The notes under the pieces are model-generated. The model was given only the letters and a program-made list of their open reading frames with translations, searched no databases and was not told the origin of the DNA. A stretch of DNA of 64,000 bases. Source: the human T2T-CHM13v2.0 reference genome, Homo sapiens. The translations under genes were made by a program, and so were the position numbers. Shown one piece after another: positions 1 through 20,465 of this stretch. The DNA lies in assembly GCF_009914755.1 (NCBI RefSeq), contig NC_060938.1. One strand, written 5' to 3'. How positions within the stretch are numbered: position 1 is the stretch's first letter; each line of letters begins with the position of its first letter.

Positions 1-421
<421 letters not shown>

Positions 422-2279
422 TGCTGGTGGCCTTCCTGCAGAGAATCCAGGAGCTCTAAATGTTCCCCCAGGACACCTGATCAAAGCCCCCTCTCAGGCC
501 TCTGTACCCCATTCCCACCGGAACCCTGGGAGCCACCCCAGGCGGCTTCTGTAGAAGTGCTGAGTGAGCCCCATGCACCACCGCCAAGTTTCTGGGACAC
601 AGCTGCAGGGCCGGGCACCAGCAAGCCGGGATCTCCTTATAGGGTATACTCTAAGGCCATTGCATAAAGCTCAAAAAGAGAAAGACTCAGATTGACAGTC
701 GAGCTGGAAAACAGGCCTGTGAAAGGAGAACTAGACACCAGGGCAATCAGGTCCCTGAAAGGGCTGTCTCTGCCTACCATTTGTGCAGAACATCAGAGAA
801 CTTGAGGCAAAGACGGGAGCCACTGTGCTTCCCAGGGGAGTTCTTGAGCTGAGGGTGGATCAAGGGGAAGGAGAAAGACAGAGCCAAGTTACAACTCTGG
901 ATTTACACAGCTTTTGGAAAAGTCACGATGAGTGTGCGGGGAATCCCTGGGACCTCCCCTGCCCATAATGAACTAGCACGGGAGGGGGTCATGGGGCTAG
1001 GGTCAGGGGTCAGCACTCCCTGGGGGTGATGCCTTCACCCCATCATGGCTAGACCTGGGGAGATCCAGAAAGAAGGAAAACATAAATCAGCCCATGCCCC
1101 CAAATGCACCCCAGCCAGAGCAAAATCTGCTCTAACCCCAGAGGACAAGCTGGGACCTCACTCACTCACAGCAGGAGACTCATCCCTGGTCAGCCCTGCT
1201 TTAGCCAAACCAAACAGACATAACTTATGCTACAGACATTTCTGGCTTTTTTACTCATGAAAATAAATCAAACAGAAGAGATCCTTTCATTTTGGCTCAT
1301 CTACCCATCGCATCATTTAACTACACAACACACCTCATTCAGACTCACGCTTCCCTGGGCCACTGAGGATGACAATGATGGTGGTGGAGGTGGCACCAGT
1401 AAATAATCACAAACAGCTCCTTCTGAGGACAAACTAGGTAAACAGGTTCTGTGCTGTTCCTTATCTGCATGACCTCACTCCTGGAACTCTATGAGACTGG
1501 GTCCATTATTATTTCCATTTTACAGAAGAATAAACTGAGGCTTAGAGGGGGCAAGTAACCTGTCCAGTTCTAAGTCCAGGGCCCAAGTGTGCTGGACACA
1601 GCTGACTAGCTGCAGCCCAACCTGTCCCCCATTCTCCCCTTCTTCTTTAGCAACAAAATCCTGAAGCCACTTCTAGACCATAACCCAATGAAACAGCCTG
1701 AGATGTGACTTAGGTCCCCAAAGATTTAGGTCCAGAGACACCCAGGGCAGGACTGTTAGTAACAGCAAACCAGAAATAACCTAGAACTTGAGACTCTGGA
1801 GCAGAGAAATGGTTCTAGATGCTGGGACATAGGGATGGTGGGAAGCTGGTGCAGCCACTCTAACAGCAATTTCCAAGGTGTTTAAATGGCACAGGCAAAT
1901 GCTCAACTGTTCCCCCAAATGCAAGTGGCAAAACTAGGGACACAGAAAAGCCTAACCTGAATGCACATCATATAGAAAAAGGAGCATATTTTATGTAAAA
2001 ATTGCTTCAATAATTATCTCTGGGTTTTCATTTGTGAGCCTATCTTGACTTCCCAAGATTTCCACAAGTACATATTACTTAATGAGCAAAAGAATAATCT
2101 AGAGTTATTTTTAGCAAGCACAGACCCTCGAGGCCTGGCCACATCCTGTGTAGCACAATACCTCAGTCCTTAATTCACTCACCCAGTAGACACAGCGCAC
2201 ATCAGGGCCAGACCACGTGCTCCTCAGAGACCAGCAAGTCCCAGCCTCAGGAGGACACACCAACAGGCAGCTCAGCTTG

Positions 2280-2340
2280 GTGTGCGTGCGTGTGTGCGCG
2301 TGCATGTGTGTGTGTGTATGTGTGTGTGTGTGTGTGTGTA
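2280..2340. repeat. (TG/CG)n alternating purine-pyrimidine microsatellite
   Basis: 61 bp of uninterrupted RY alternation. Confidence 0.95.
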
Positions 2341-2403
2341 GGGGGCAGAGGCGTCTGCTGGGAAAGCAGGGTAGGTGTCACTGCCAAGGTGACATTTAGC
2401 AAT

Positions 2404-2702
2404 TCTTTTTTTTTTTTTTTTTTGAGACGGAGTCTTGCTCTGTCACAGGCTAGAGTTCAGTGGCGCGATCTCGGCTCACTGCAAGCTCCGCCTCCCGCGT
2501 TCGCGCCATTCTCCTGCCTCAGCCTCCTGAGTAGCTGGGACTACAGGCACCTGCCACCACGCCCAGCTAATTTTTTGTATTTTTAGTAGAGACAGGGTTT
2601 CACCGTGTTAGCCAGGATGGTCTCGATCTCCTGACCTCATGATCCACCCGCCTCGGCCTCCCAAAGTGCTGGGATTACAGGTGTGAGCCACTGCACCCAC
2701 CT
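2404..2702 (-). mobile_element. AluY-like element with target-site duplication
   Basis: Poly-T head and AluY-type gcaagctccgcctcc. Flanking repeat tgacatttagca(a/g)ttct on both sides. Confidence 0.93.
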
Positions 2703-3439
2703 GACATTTAGCAGTTCTAAAAGCATGAATAAAAATATGAGAGCAGGGAAGGGGCTGAAGAGGGAGATGCCAGGTCCTTACTCAACTGAAATACTCAGGG
2801 ACGCTTCCTGGTCTTTGGAACTGACCTGAGGCAATGCATCTCCATTCCTGGCTTTGACTACGATGGTTCTGCGCCCAGCTGGACAAGGAGCACAGTCCAG
2901 GGCCCTCAGGTCAAGATGCCTCCTCCTCAGAGTCTCAGCCCTGCACCAGGCCAAACGGGAACCGACTGCTGAGGAATCCAGTGTTTGCATCCGAGTTTCT
3001 CCATCTGCACCCAGATTCCCTAGGATCACACTCTGAGTAGCAATGCTATGGATACCTTCACCCCAGAATGCCAGGACAGTCAGCTACTTTAAGAGCAGAA
3101 TCTTGCTTCTGGCCCTTTCTAAAACCCCCGTTCCATCCCTTCCTATTTCCCCTGTGTACTTCATTCCATCTCTTTTCTTTGCTTTTACGTAAAATGCTTA
3201 CCTGGCACGCTCCACTGAGGCCACGGAATTCTTGACATTTGACAGCCAAGCAAGGGTGGCAGGTACCAGGGAGATCCAGTCCCAACCCTGCGTGGTGTGG
3301 TGAGGAGGGCCTGGGGTTCTGGAAGCCTGCCTGCAAGAAGGCACCCAGGCACCCTGGAGCACAGGGAGCCCCACCTGCCCTGGCAGAGCTCTGTTGTCTT
3401 GACATGGGATGTGGGAACTTTTTTTTTTTTTTAAAGGAT

Positions 3440-8995
<5,556 letters not shown>

Positions 8996-11041
8996 TACTT
9001 GACCACCAGGAGGGTTTTATGCCCTGAGGTCTCACACTCGGTCAGGTCTGCCTGTGGATAGTGTACAGTTCTCCTGCAGACAGCCAGCTTCCAGTGTGCC
9101 AGGCCCAGTGCCAATTACTTCACCCAAAGTAACTCAGTCCTCACAATGGTGCCAGGGGACCAGCACCATGATTATCCCCATTTTACAGATGAGCAGAAAG
9201 ACACAGCGTCGTTAAGCAACTGGCCCAAGGTCACACAGACAGGAACCTGACCCCAGGCGGCCCTGCGCCTCACAGAGTGCACAATCCTCTGCAGAGGTGG
9301 GAGGAGGAACGAGGTGAAGAGGCACAGGGGTGGCAGGGAAGAAGGGCTCCCGAGCTCCTCAGCCTCCAGCACAGGCACCTGAGGACACTGAGATCTGCAA
9401 AATCCACTTTCTTAAATATGCTCCCACACCCACCTCGGGAAGGTTACACACAAATGCTTCCTTAAAGTAAACCCATGATGCCTGGTACACTGGAGTCCTC
9501 AATAAAAGGACTGTTACTGTTGCCATTAAATAACAGGAAGAGAAACAACTCCCATGACCAACCGACCTCCGGTCACCAGCGTTTTGCAGTCTTGAGTCCT
9601 GACCCTTGGCCCCAACATCCTTTTTTTTAGATAGCAGCCAAAGTCCAGGTAATAAGAGGAACAGAAGCATTTAGTAAATGGAGAACCTATGAACATGCAG
9701 AGGAGACCGTTCAGCAGAAAACCATGGGCCACAGGCTTTTGAGACAGACAGACCTGCACTCAAATCCCAACTCCACCACGGCCAGCTGAAATCCCCAAGA
9801 GAAAGCACAGCATTCTGAGCCTCAGTTTCCCCACCTCAAAAGGGTACTTAACACCACATCATCCCTGGGTGGCTGCACAGAACGGGAGACGCCCCTCAGG
9901 GACCAGACACAGGAAACACAGGAAGACGGCTGGCAGCAAGGGGACGTGTGTCCTCTTCAGTCACCAGCACCTGAACCCAGAGGACTGCAAACACCCCCAG
10001 CTCCCAGGGCCCAGCAGCCTGGAGATCCTGCGCACAGAAGCCCAGCTGATTTTGAAAAGCCAGCCAAGTGGCTTGGCTTCCTGTTTTTGCAGAGTCTTTC
10101 TCAATGTCTTAAAATCTAAAAGTTCTCCAAATGCAGGGATGCCAGGAGGAGGTGAACAGAGAGGTATCGTGGTAGGTTTTATTTTTAGATGCTGAAGTGT
10201 AAAGTGTCCAGTTTGGCTTCGTTCTGGTCCCCAGCCACCACTTCCTCCCCCAAGCCACCACCTAAATGAACAGCATACATGTCTAGAAAGATTTCGCAAT
10301 GCTTCTTCTGCCCCGGACATTCTGACACAATGGCTCCAGTCTCCTGTTCCTCCCACAGACCGAGCGGATTAAAGATTTTAGTCTAAATCTTCCCAGAATG
10401 CCACATAAATGAAACCCGCCGACCCCTGTCCATCTCTCATCCTCTCCTCGAGCGGTGGGGGTGACACCCACTGTGTGACAGTTTGAGGTCGCGTATGGAC
10501 AGGATCAGGCATGGGGGAAGGCTGTCTTGCCCTCTCAGGCAGTGTGTTTGCTGGGGAGCGCCTGAACTCACTTCCTCTGAAAATGGCTCCCACAGCAGTT
10601 CCCCCATGGACCCTCCCAAGTGGCTGGGCGGAACCACAGGGCAACCCGGGGCCTTCCTGAGCACAGTGAGCCCCAGCTGTCAGTCTCAGGCTTATTGTGG
10701 GTAAAGCAGCATCTGTAAAGGATCCGTGGATTTCCCAGTGAACCATCATAGAGGGCTAAAAGGGAAATAGAAGCCACCGCATCCTAGAGGTGCAATGGTT
10801 AGAGACCATCTAACCCCGTGATGAGATGAATAACCACACCTCCTCTTTCCACGCCTGTACCCCTGGCAGGCACTACAGATCAACCCCTGTTCCCACCCAC
10901 TCACAGATTTAGGATCCTCCAGGCTGCCAAAACCAATCAAACAGAAATGGTCCCTGAACACACACCCCTAAGCCATTCCTGAATTCCAGTATCCCCCACT
11001 TGATGATGGAGAAATTAAAGCCCACAGAAAAATTCAATGCA

Positions 11042-11372
<331 letters not shown>

Positions 11373-12002
11373 ATCTAGTGCAGAACATGCAATTCTCCAG
11401 AGCCAAGAAGAGCCTGGACAAAAACCTAGAGCTGCTGAGAGGCTTCCAGAAACTACCTCCTTACCCCAAAACAAATCTCAGTCTTCCAGTGACAAGTTCA
11501 ACCCACAAACTACCAGGAGGGAGGTCAGGAGGATCCTTTACCAGCCCCACCCGTCAACCAGCCCCAGTCTGGTCCCAGGAGCAGGGGAAACCTGGGGCCT
11601 GCAATGCTGAACCTGCAGGAATGGGGACGCTGCTCTCCTATGACCGCTGAGGGAAGGCCTGGAGCTGAAGTTAACAGGGGTGGGCTGGAAGAGCTCCCCA
11701 GTGGGCTTTTTGAAAGCCCCTTAGATATTCTAGCAGGGGCCAGCACCTCCACTGCCCTGATCTAGTCCCCAGCTTGAGTTCCCCTCTCTGCAGCTACAGG
11801 CAGATGAGGCCCGTAAGACAAGGAGATGGGATGCCAGCCCAGCTGCACAGACCACAGTCACCCTCCACGGGGACAGCGTGGGGAACAGAGGACATGGCCA
11901 GGCCACCATCAGGTTTACCAAGTACCCATTAGGTGCCAGGTACAGCCTTTAGTGCAAATAACACAGCCTGCCCCTCACATAGAGTCTGAGAGTATTTTGA
12001 TG

Positions 12003-12197
12003 TTTCCTTCTTCCCCCTCCATCCATCCTTCCCTCTTCTCTCCATCCATCCTTCTATCCTTCCTCCCCTCCATCCATCCTTCCTTCTCCCTCCATCCTTC
12101 CTTCTCCCTCCATCTGTCCACCTTTCCCCTCCCTCCAAGATCCTTCCTTCCCCCTCCATCCATTCTTCCTTCTTCTTCCATCCATCCTTCTTTTTCT
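12003..12197. repeat. Polypyrimidine (CCAT/CCTT)n low-complexity repeat
   Basis: ~195 bp made almost entirely of C/T with periodic A. Confidence 0.92.
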
Positions 12198-12587
12198 AGT
12201 TAATGAGCACCTGAACCAAGTCCACCCAGGGTGAGGCTACACAGAGCACAAGACAACTGGACATCTAGCTGGGTGCCTACTGCCCCCTCACCCTTCCCAC
12301 ACCCACCCTAACCTGACCACTGCCATGCACACCCCCCTCAGGACTCCCAAACCAACCCTCTCCCCACTGACAAAGCCACAGCAACCCTCCAAACCCGAGA
12401 AGCCCCTGTCGGAGTCTGCCCAGGCCAGGGCAGAAACCACATCAAATCCACAGGGGAGCTAAAAACAAGCTGCACGTGAAGAAGAGAGAAAGCCGTGCCC
12501 AATGCTGGAGGAGAGAAGGAGAGACAGAGAGGTGGGCACCAAGGGCCCCACTACCCAAAGAACCACGGGGACGCGGTCTGTACTCAC

Positions 12588-12612
12588 CTGCACAACCTCC
12601 ATCCCTCGCTTC
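12588..12612 (-). CDS. ITPK1: ITPK1 25-nt coding microexon (exon 3), (R)KRGMEVVQ
   Basis: Minus strand reads ...gtaacgcttgttttctttgtttttctccacag|GAAGCGAGGGATGGAGGTTGTGCAG|gtgagta. It completes the split Arg codon AG|G from exon 2 and encodes KRGMEVVQ, the next ITPK1 residues. 95+25=120 nt=40 codons. Confidence 0.96.
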
Positions 12613-13311
12613 CTGTGGAGAAAAACAAAGAAAACAAGCGTTACTCCAGCAGGCTGGACACGTCCTTTCCGAAGGTTCCCGACAGCCGGCTGAGGGCAGG
12701 ACCATGAGAGGGTTTCAGGAGGGAGCCGGCAGCTGCGCCTCTCCTGCTACTGTCCCAGAACAGCCATGCCTTCCACTCCCAGCCACTCCTCAAACCACCT
12801 TCCCACTGAGAGGGCTGGCTCTGCAGAGGGACTTGCTGGAGTCCTCTGGAGGCCCCACGCCAGCCACCTCCCTCCACTCCTGGGCCGGGCCTCTGTCAGC
12901 CGAGCTCCAGCCTGGGTCGTCCCAAGGCCCCTGCCACCAAGTTCACCACCATCCTCACCACCTGCCGTCCCTGCCGAGCTCAACCCCCATAGGTCCCCAT
13001 GTCCTCCCCATCAGGTCTCGCCCCAGGACCTGCCACAGCCAGTCATGCCCCAACCCATCCACTGCCACACACGGGAGGCCCACACAGTCCTGCCCGCTGC
13101 CTTCCCAATGCTCCACTGATGCCTGCCCTGGCCTCGCCAACAGCCTCCAAGCTGCACTCATGTCCTCTACATCTTCCCCGCTCACATGCAGTCCCACGGC
13201 CACCACGTAACCTGACTCTTGCCACCCAATTTTAGGAGCCTCATGGCCTGGGTCGGGGTTTGCCCAGAACACACAAAGGCTTTCTGTTGACTCCTACCCT
13301 TCTCTTCCTGA

Positions 13312-13812
<501 letters not shown>

Positions 13813-16507
13813 TGATTGCTATGAGCCAGGGACAAGCACTGGTGTAGGGCCACCAGGACCTGCAGGGACCGAGGCACCCAAGACAGCATACTGTGCACAT
13901 TGTGCTGGGAAGAAAGGCCTCCAGCAGATGCTCAAAGATGGCTGCAGCCAGGCAAGGTCAGGAATGTGTGGTTTACTCACCCAAGCTCCTTGGAGCAGGG
14001 ACTATGCCAAACTTTAAAGCTATGTGTGCCCGTGCCCAATTATGATGCCCACCTGGCACACAGACACTCCTCAACGGCTGCTGGCAGATGAAGGTGTAAA
14101 TGTGTAACAATTTAGCTCAGCTCCTGGGCCCAGCACTCGGAGGGTACAACAAATGCAACCTCCACAGTCTGGGCCCTTGAGAGGCTCAAGGTCTTAGGGA
14201 GGAGATGGGCACAAGCCCCACAGGAACCTTTGGGCACCCTTGCTCCCTTGTTTCATGGCACAGCTGAGGCGCCGCCCACCAATTCCTACATCTGTTTGTC
14301 AGCTCATTCAGTGAGGGCTTCCTCAACACCTTCTGATAGCAAGGCACTGAGCGGAACCTCACAAAGGAGCCACTCCATGAGACAGGAAGACAGAGGCCAA
14401 GGAGAGCTGACCAGGTCCCACTGTGGGAAGCACCCAGCCCACCTTCCCTCAAACCCCCGACACCTCAACAGAAACCTGGGCCCCGAGGAATCCAGTTTGA
14501 GAACCACCCTGGTTGAGGCATTCAGGGACCCTCAGTGTCTCTTAGCTTGTCTGCAGTTCCTGTAGGAATGGTGGCCAATATCCATCTGCTTCCACGGTTT
14601 CATGAGGGACAGGGGAGATACACAACAGCATAGCCCTGGGCCACCACAGCCCACAGCACAGTGACAGATAGCATCATGAGGAACCTGTGCTACACCCAAC
14701 CACCCGCTCACAACCTGCACCGTTTCTGAGCACCTGTGGACACCTCAGCCCCTGCCTCATTCCCAATCATCCTGCCCCTCCCCCCGCAGGGACGAGAAAA
14801 CTGAAGGAAGCGTCACTGACGGGAACCTGACCCAGGACACACAGCAGAGGACCTTGAGGAGCCAGCCCAAACTCCAGCGGCCCTGCTCCAGGACAGAAAA
14901 CTCAAGTCCCAAATCACCGAGACTGTGAACCGCACAATGGGAAAGGCCGGTGACAGAGGAGCGCAGACTTCCACTGGGCTCTGGGCCAGGGCCTCGGTTT
15001 CCCTCTGAGTCAACCCTGCTGGCATCTGGGTTATCCCAGCGTGTGACTCTCCTCTCTTTACTGAGGTCAATTCCAATCAGTCCACATTTTACATCATCCC
15101 AGGCAGCTCTCCCTCCCTTAGTCCTAAAAAAACAGTCTCTCACTGAAAACAGATGGAACACATAAAATAAGAAAGCAACAAAAAAGTAATCTAGAGAAAA
15201 GATCGGCTGCAATCTTAAGTGGGGTTGATCTCCCAGGAGCCACAGCAGTTCCTCTGTCGCTCAGAGCTCCAAAAAAAGGATAAGTTGCAACAGTGGCAGA
15301 AAAGAGGGGGCCACCCACGTATGCTACACACCCCTTGAAGCTCACCACTCACCAATACCTTCTGCAGCCTCATGAGGGTGGGACAGTGGTTACCCCATTA
15401 CCTGCAGAGCAGGCCGAGGCCTGGGAGACTCAGGAAGTGCAGGAGCTGGCCCGGAACAGGGCTCTCCCCACACCCACGTGTTCACCACCAGGTGCACCAC
15501 CGTGGGCAAGGGTGGCACCAAGCTGGAAGGCCTGGTCTCCAGCCTCCAGGGCCTCAGTGCAATGGAAGGACCAGGAGGTGGCAGCGGAAAACTGCATCCC
15601 CTCTGGTGGTGGAATCCCACATGCACCACCACAGCCTCTCGGGAAAATAAAACAACCTGTCGGGGCTCATTTTTCACTGGGAAACTCGTGCAGAGCAAAG
15701 GCACCAACAACCTCGATTCCCCAAGAAGCAAGTTCCTAAAGTCCTGCCATAACCAGAAAGTTCAGAAATTGAATGATGAAGCCAAAGGGGAAGAGGGAGA
15801 AGGAAGGGACATGGGAGACAGGAGGAGGGAACACAAATCAGAGCATTGGTTGTCAAGTGACTGTTCCTCCTGAAAACCCTGGCTCCATGATCCCACCTCA
15901 TCACCCCACAGACAGGCTCAAGTGTGCAATATGTTTCCGGCTCTGCCCTGTTAATTACCAAACTGTATGTGATAGCAAAACACTAGCAGCAAATTAAACT
16001 TCCCCCAAGAGGGGACATTAACAAACCACACACAGTCAAAGGAATAGTATGCAGCAGTAAAAAAGAACACAGAAGGCCTCCATGCACCCACGAGGAATTA
16101 TCTCCAAGACGTTGCTGTGTGAAACAGGTAAGATGCAAAACCCTGTGTGCTGTAGATAATTATCTGTGTTAAGAACAACATCCAGGACAAGCATGTGTGC
16201 TTGTGTACACACAGAGTGAACCTGAGGGCGCTACAGGAAAACAATCATGGCAGGGCCCCTGGTCAAGGGCAAGGGCAGCTGGGGTGGCCGAGGGACTTCC
16301 TTTTCACTGTGTCCCCTCATACATTGCTTCAATGTTGTGCCATGTGCCTATAACATGTTATCAAAAACTGGAAAATATATTTTTTAATTGTTTCTTAAAT
16401 AGATGCTTGATAAAAGCACGAAGCAATCGATCAATGGAGGACACAAGACAGCAGAGCTCAGGATGTATCATGAAAAGCTTCCAAGTGCTGTCCCAAAGAG
16501 GAGCTGA

Positions 16508-17335
<828 letters not shown>

Positions 17336-20279
17336 ACAAAACCTGCACCTGCGAATAATTTTACAGGCTCTAAACTGTCATTGTATTGATAAATATTACA
17401 CTAATATATAAATACAATATATTAATATGAATATTAATAAAATAGGAATAGCTAAGTATAAACATGCTTTTCCAAAAGCTGGATTATTAACAAAGGGATG
17501 ATCCGCTTTGCACAGGGAAGCCTGTCCCCAGAAGTCCAAGGAGCACGAACCCTTCAGGAAGTGAAAATACTCACAAAATGATTCGATCCTTTCAGAGGAG
17601 GAGGCTGGCAATAAAGGAAGGCTTCAAAGAGGAGGCAGCATTTGCCATCTGGCAGAGCAACTGAAGGGTAACTACAGACCGGTGCTGAGAAGAGTACTTA
17701 GAGAGGAGTAAGGTGAGTCCTGCGCCCTCCCCAAAGGGTGTCTGGGGCTCTGGAAGCTTAAAGCCCTCTCAGGGGGCGGGGGCTGAGACGCAGGACAGAG
17801 GATAAAGGTGGGGCACGCCTCAGAGGCCCAGGATGTCACCCTGTGGCCCAGCCTTTACCTATGGGCCAGTGGGTCCCAAATGCCAGGGCAGATAACCTGA
17901 GAACCACCACTGGAGCGTGTCAAAAATCCTCATTCGAGGCCCACCCTGAGGCCTCTGATCCAGGAGGCCTAGGGCAGGGCCTGGGAAGGATTCAGGGTTC
18001 ATCGCACTCCGGGTGTTGCTCAGGAGCAGCTGGGTATGGGGACAGCTGCTTGTCCACAAGAGCGACTCCATGTGCTTCTCTGTGACCAGTGGAAGCAGGA
18101 TCTGATTTGCTAGGGGAGGACATAGCAGGGGTGGGGTGGGGGGCAGCCCTTGCAGGTCTTGGGAAAAGGGTAAAGGAAACCTAAGAACCAGAAATAGTTG
18201 TGACGCTCACAGTCTGGAAGGAGCAGACTGAGGCCCTGCGCCAGGCCCAGGAGACGAGAGAACACTGCAAGAAGGCAGCAGCAGTCCACTTTTCAACCGT
18301 GGTGGTGCCAGGAAGTGGTTAGAAGCCCAGGACTGAGCTTCGCAGCATTCAGAGGCTTAGATGAACACAATTCGGGGGCGTAGGCGGGAGCGGAAGAGGT
18401 GGGTGAGCCCCTGAGAGCAGAACATGGAACCAGACCCCCCTGTACCTTGTGCCTCTGTTTTCTTATCTGTAAAATGGGAGAATCCTAGAACTCATCCCAC
18501 ACGGGCTTTAAGGGAAACAGAGTCCAGGCCTGGCACAGTACCTGGCTCATGCCAGGGATGGGGGTCTTGTGACCTGCACTCTGCCCTGCCACCCTGCCTT
18601 CCTACCCTTCCAGAACTGCCTCCTCCAGTCCACATGACTGGGGGCGGCACGCCCACTCCAGGGGTGGGCACATGACCTGTCACCTCACTTAGCAGCAGCA
18701 TGGGAGCAGGACCCAAGCCAAGCCGGTCCTGGTCCTTTACCGGACGGGTCCTGGGGGACTGTCTGCAGTACAAATGGCACTGCCTGGAAATGCTGGAGGA
18801 CACCATTGCTTCTATGTGGCGAGAATCCAGATGAGCCAGAGGCCAACCAGGAGAAAGGGCCAAGAGGGCTCCAGGAGGGCAAATTCCCCGGCCAGACCCG
18901 GCCGCAGTGGGGCTCGTCCTCTCTAGACCTTCAGCTGCAGATTTCTGCTCAAGCCAGCTAAAGCTTTCTGTCGCTGGCCGCTGAGCAGCAGGGACCCTGT
19001 GAGTGACAGTGGTTACCACTTCTGAAGATGATGAAAATTACTCTGGATGACCCAGCACTGAGGGAGAGGGGATGATAAGGGAAAACAATAAAGATGATCA
19101 GGGCAGAAGTAGAAAAGAGTGATGAGGAGCAGAGACACGTCCACGGCATCCACGCCACCACCAAGCCACTGCAGCACAGTACCAGGTGTGGCGTCAGGAG
19201 GTTAACACAAGACACTCTGGGATGACAGACCCCATCCAGCAGCAGGCCTGCCACACAGCACAGCAGGGCACAAAAGGCTCAGGGACCATGACCAGCAGCA
19301 GGCATGGGATGTGCTGCTGAGCCGCTCGGGGTCTCAGCTTTCATATCCGTTAAAAGGATATGACCTTTCCCACCCAAGAGGCCCTCCCCAGGGCAGGGTG
19401 GGGACCTGAGCGCTGCAGCAAGTGAAGTACATGAAATGGTGAAGAAGCAAGGGAGGAAGGTTCTACGGAGAACAACTCGGGGAAGTGGGAAGCCAGGCAC
19501 ATCCTCATCCAAGCAACGTGTGGCACAGTTCAGTAACTACTGATTTCAGGCACCCCAAATAACAAGACCCTTTGGCACCTCCAGGTACCAGGCACTGGGG
19601 AAAAAGCCCCAAGTTATGGTCCCCTTTCCCTGCCTGCAGAGGGCAGGGCCCACACCGTACCCCACAGAAGCCCAGGATGTCTCCCCAGGACTTGGGGCTC
19701 CTAAACAGATGACTAAGCCCCGTCACCCATGTGTGTTGATGGCCACACTGTTCCCTTCCTCAAATGCCATCCCCACATCACCACCTGACCCCCCAGGTCA
19801 GCTCCTCTGGAGAAACCTGCCTTGGCTCCCACCCTCCTCAGGCCCCACTGCCCCAAGCTGCCCACACCCAGCACTGGGCAGAGAGAAAGGCTGCTGGACT
19901 CCATTGCACTGACCCCACCAGGCTAATGCTCGGTGGTGAACATCAATGGTGGCCATCAAAGCCGGCAATTTCCCTCCTGGACACTCAGTGCCACTGTGTT
20001 GTCCCTGCCCCCAGTCAGGCATGGCCACAGGACTTGCCTTGGGCAATGAGATGTGAACAGAGGTGACCATGTCCCCTCCTGGAAAAAGCATTCCACTGCC
20101 AGCACCGAGGCCTCCCTGACCTCAGAAACAAGGAAGCACATGAGGCTGCCACCCACCAGCAGAGCCAGCCAGACCCGCCACCTGGAAACAACGCGGGCTG
20201 AGTGGCGACGAAGCCAGGCTGGGAACCAGAAAGAAACAACTGATGAAGAGGACCTCCAGCTAGCGCTGGTTCCCAACTA

Positions 20280-20465
20280 TGGGCAACTGTGTGTCCCCCA
20301 CAAGGAGATTTAGCAACACCTGAAGAGCTTTTTGATTGTCACACCGAGGAAAGTGCTACTAGAATCCAGTGAGGAAAGGGCCCCTGTAATGCAGAGGACA
20401 GCCCCCTAAAACAAAGAATTATCCAGCACAAAAGGTCCACAGTGCTGAACTTAAGAAGTGGGATA
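20280..20465. mobile_element. MER20-like DNA transposon fragment
   Basis: ...aggacagccccctaaaacaaagaattatccagcacaaaaggtccacagtgctgaacttaagaa resembles the MER20 consensus end. Confidence 0.65.

Noticed and set aside
12476-13210. 244-aa plus-strand ORF antisense to the microexon
   Set aside because: Starts at GTG, is P/S/Q-rich low complexity with no recognisable domain, and is expected by chance in GC-rich DNA.
19025-19062. ATGATGA...CTGA pair resembling C/D-box snoRNA motifs
   Set aside because: Only ~35 nt apart, no terminal stem, and on the strand opposite the host gene.
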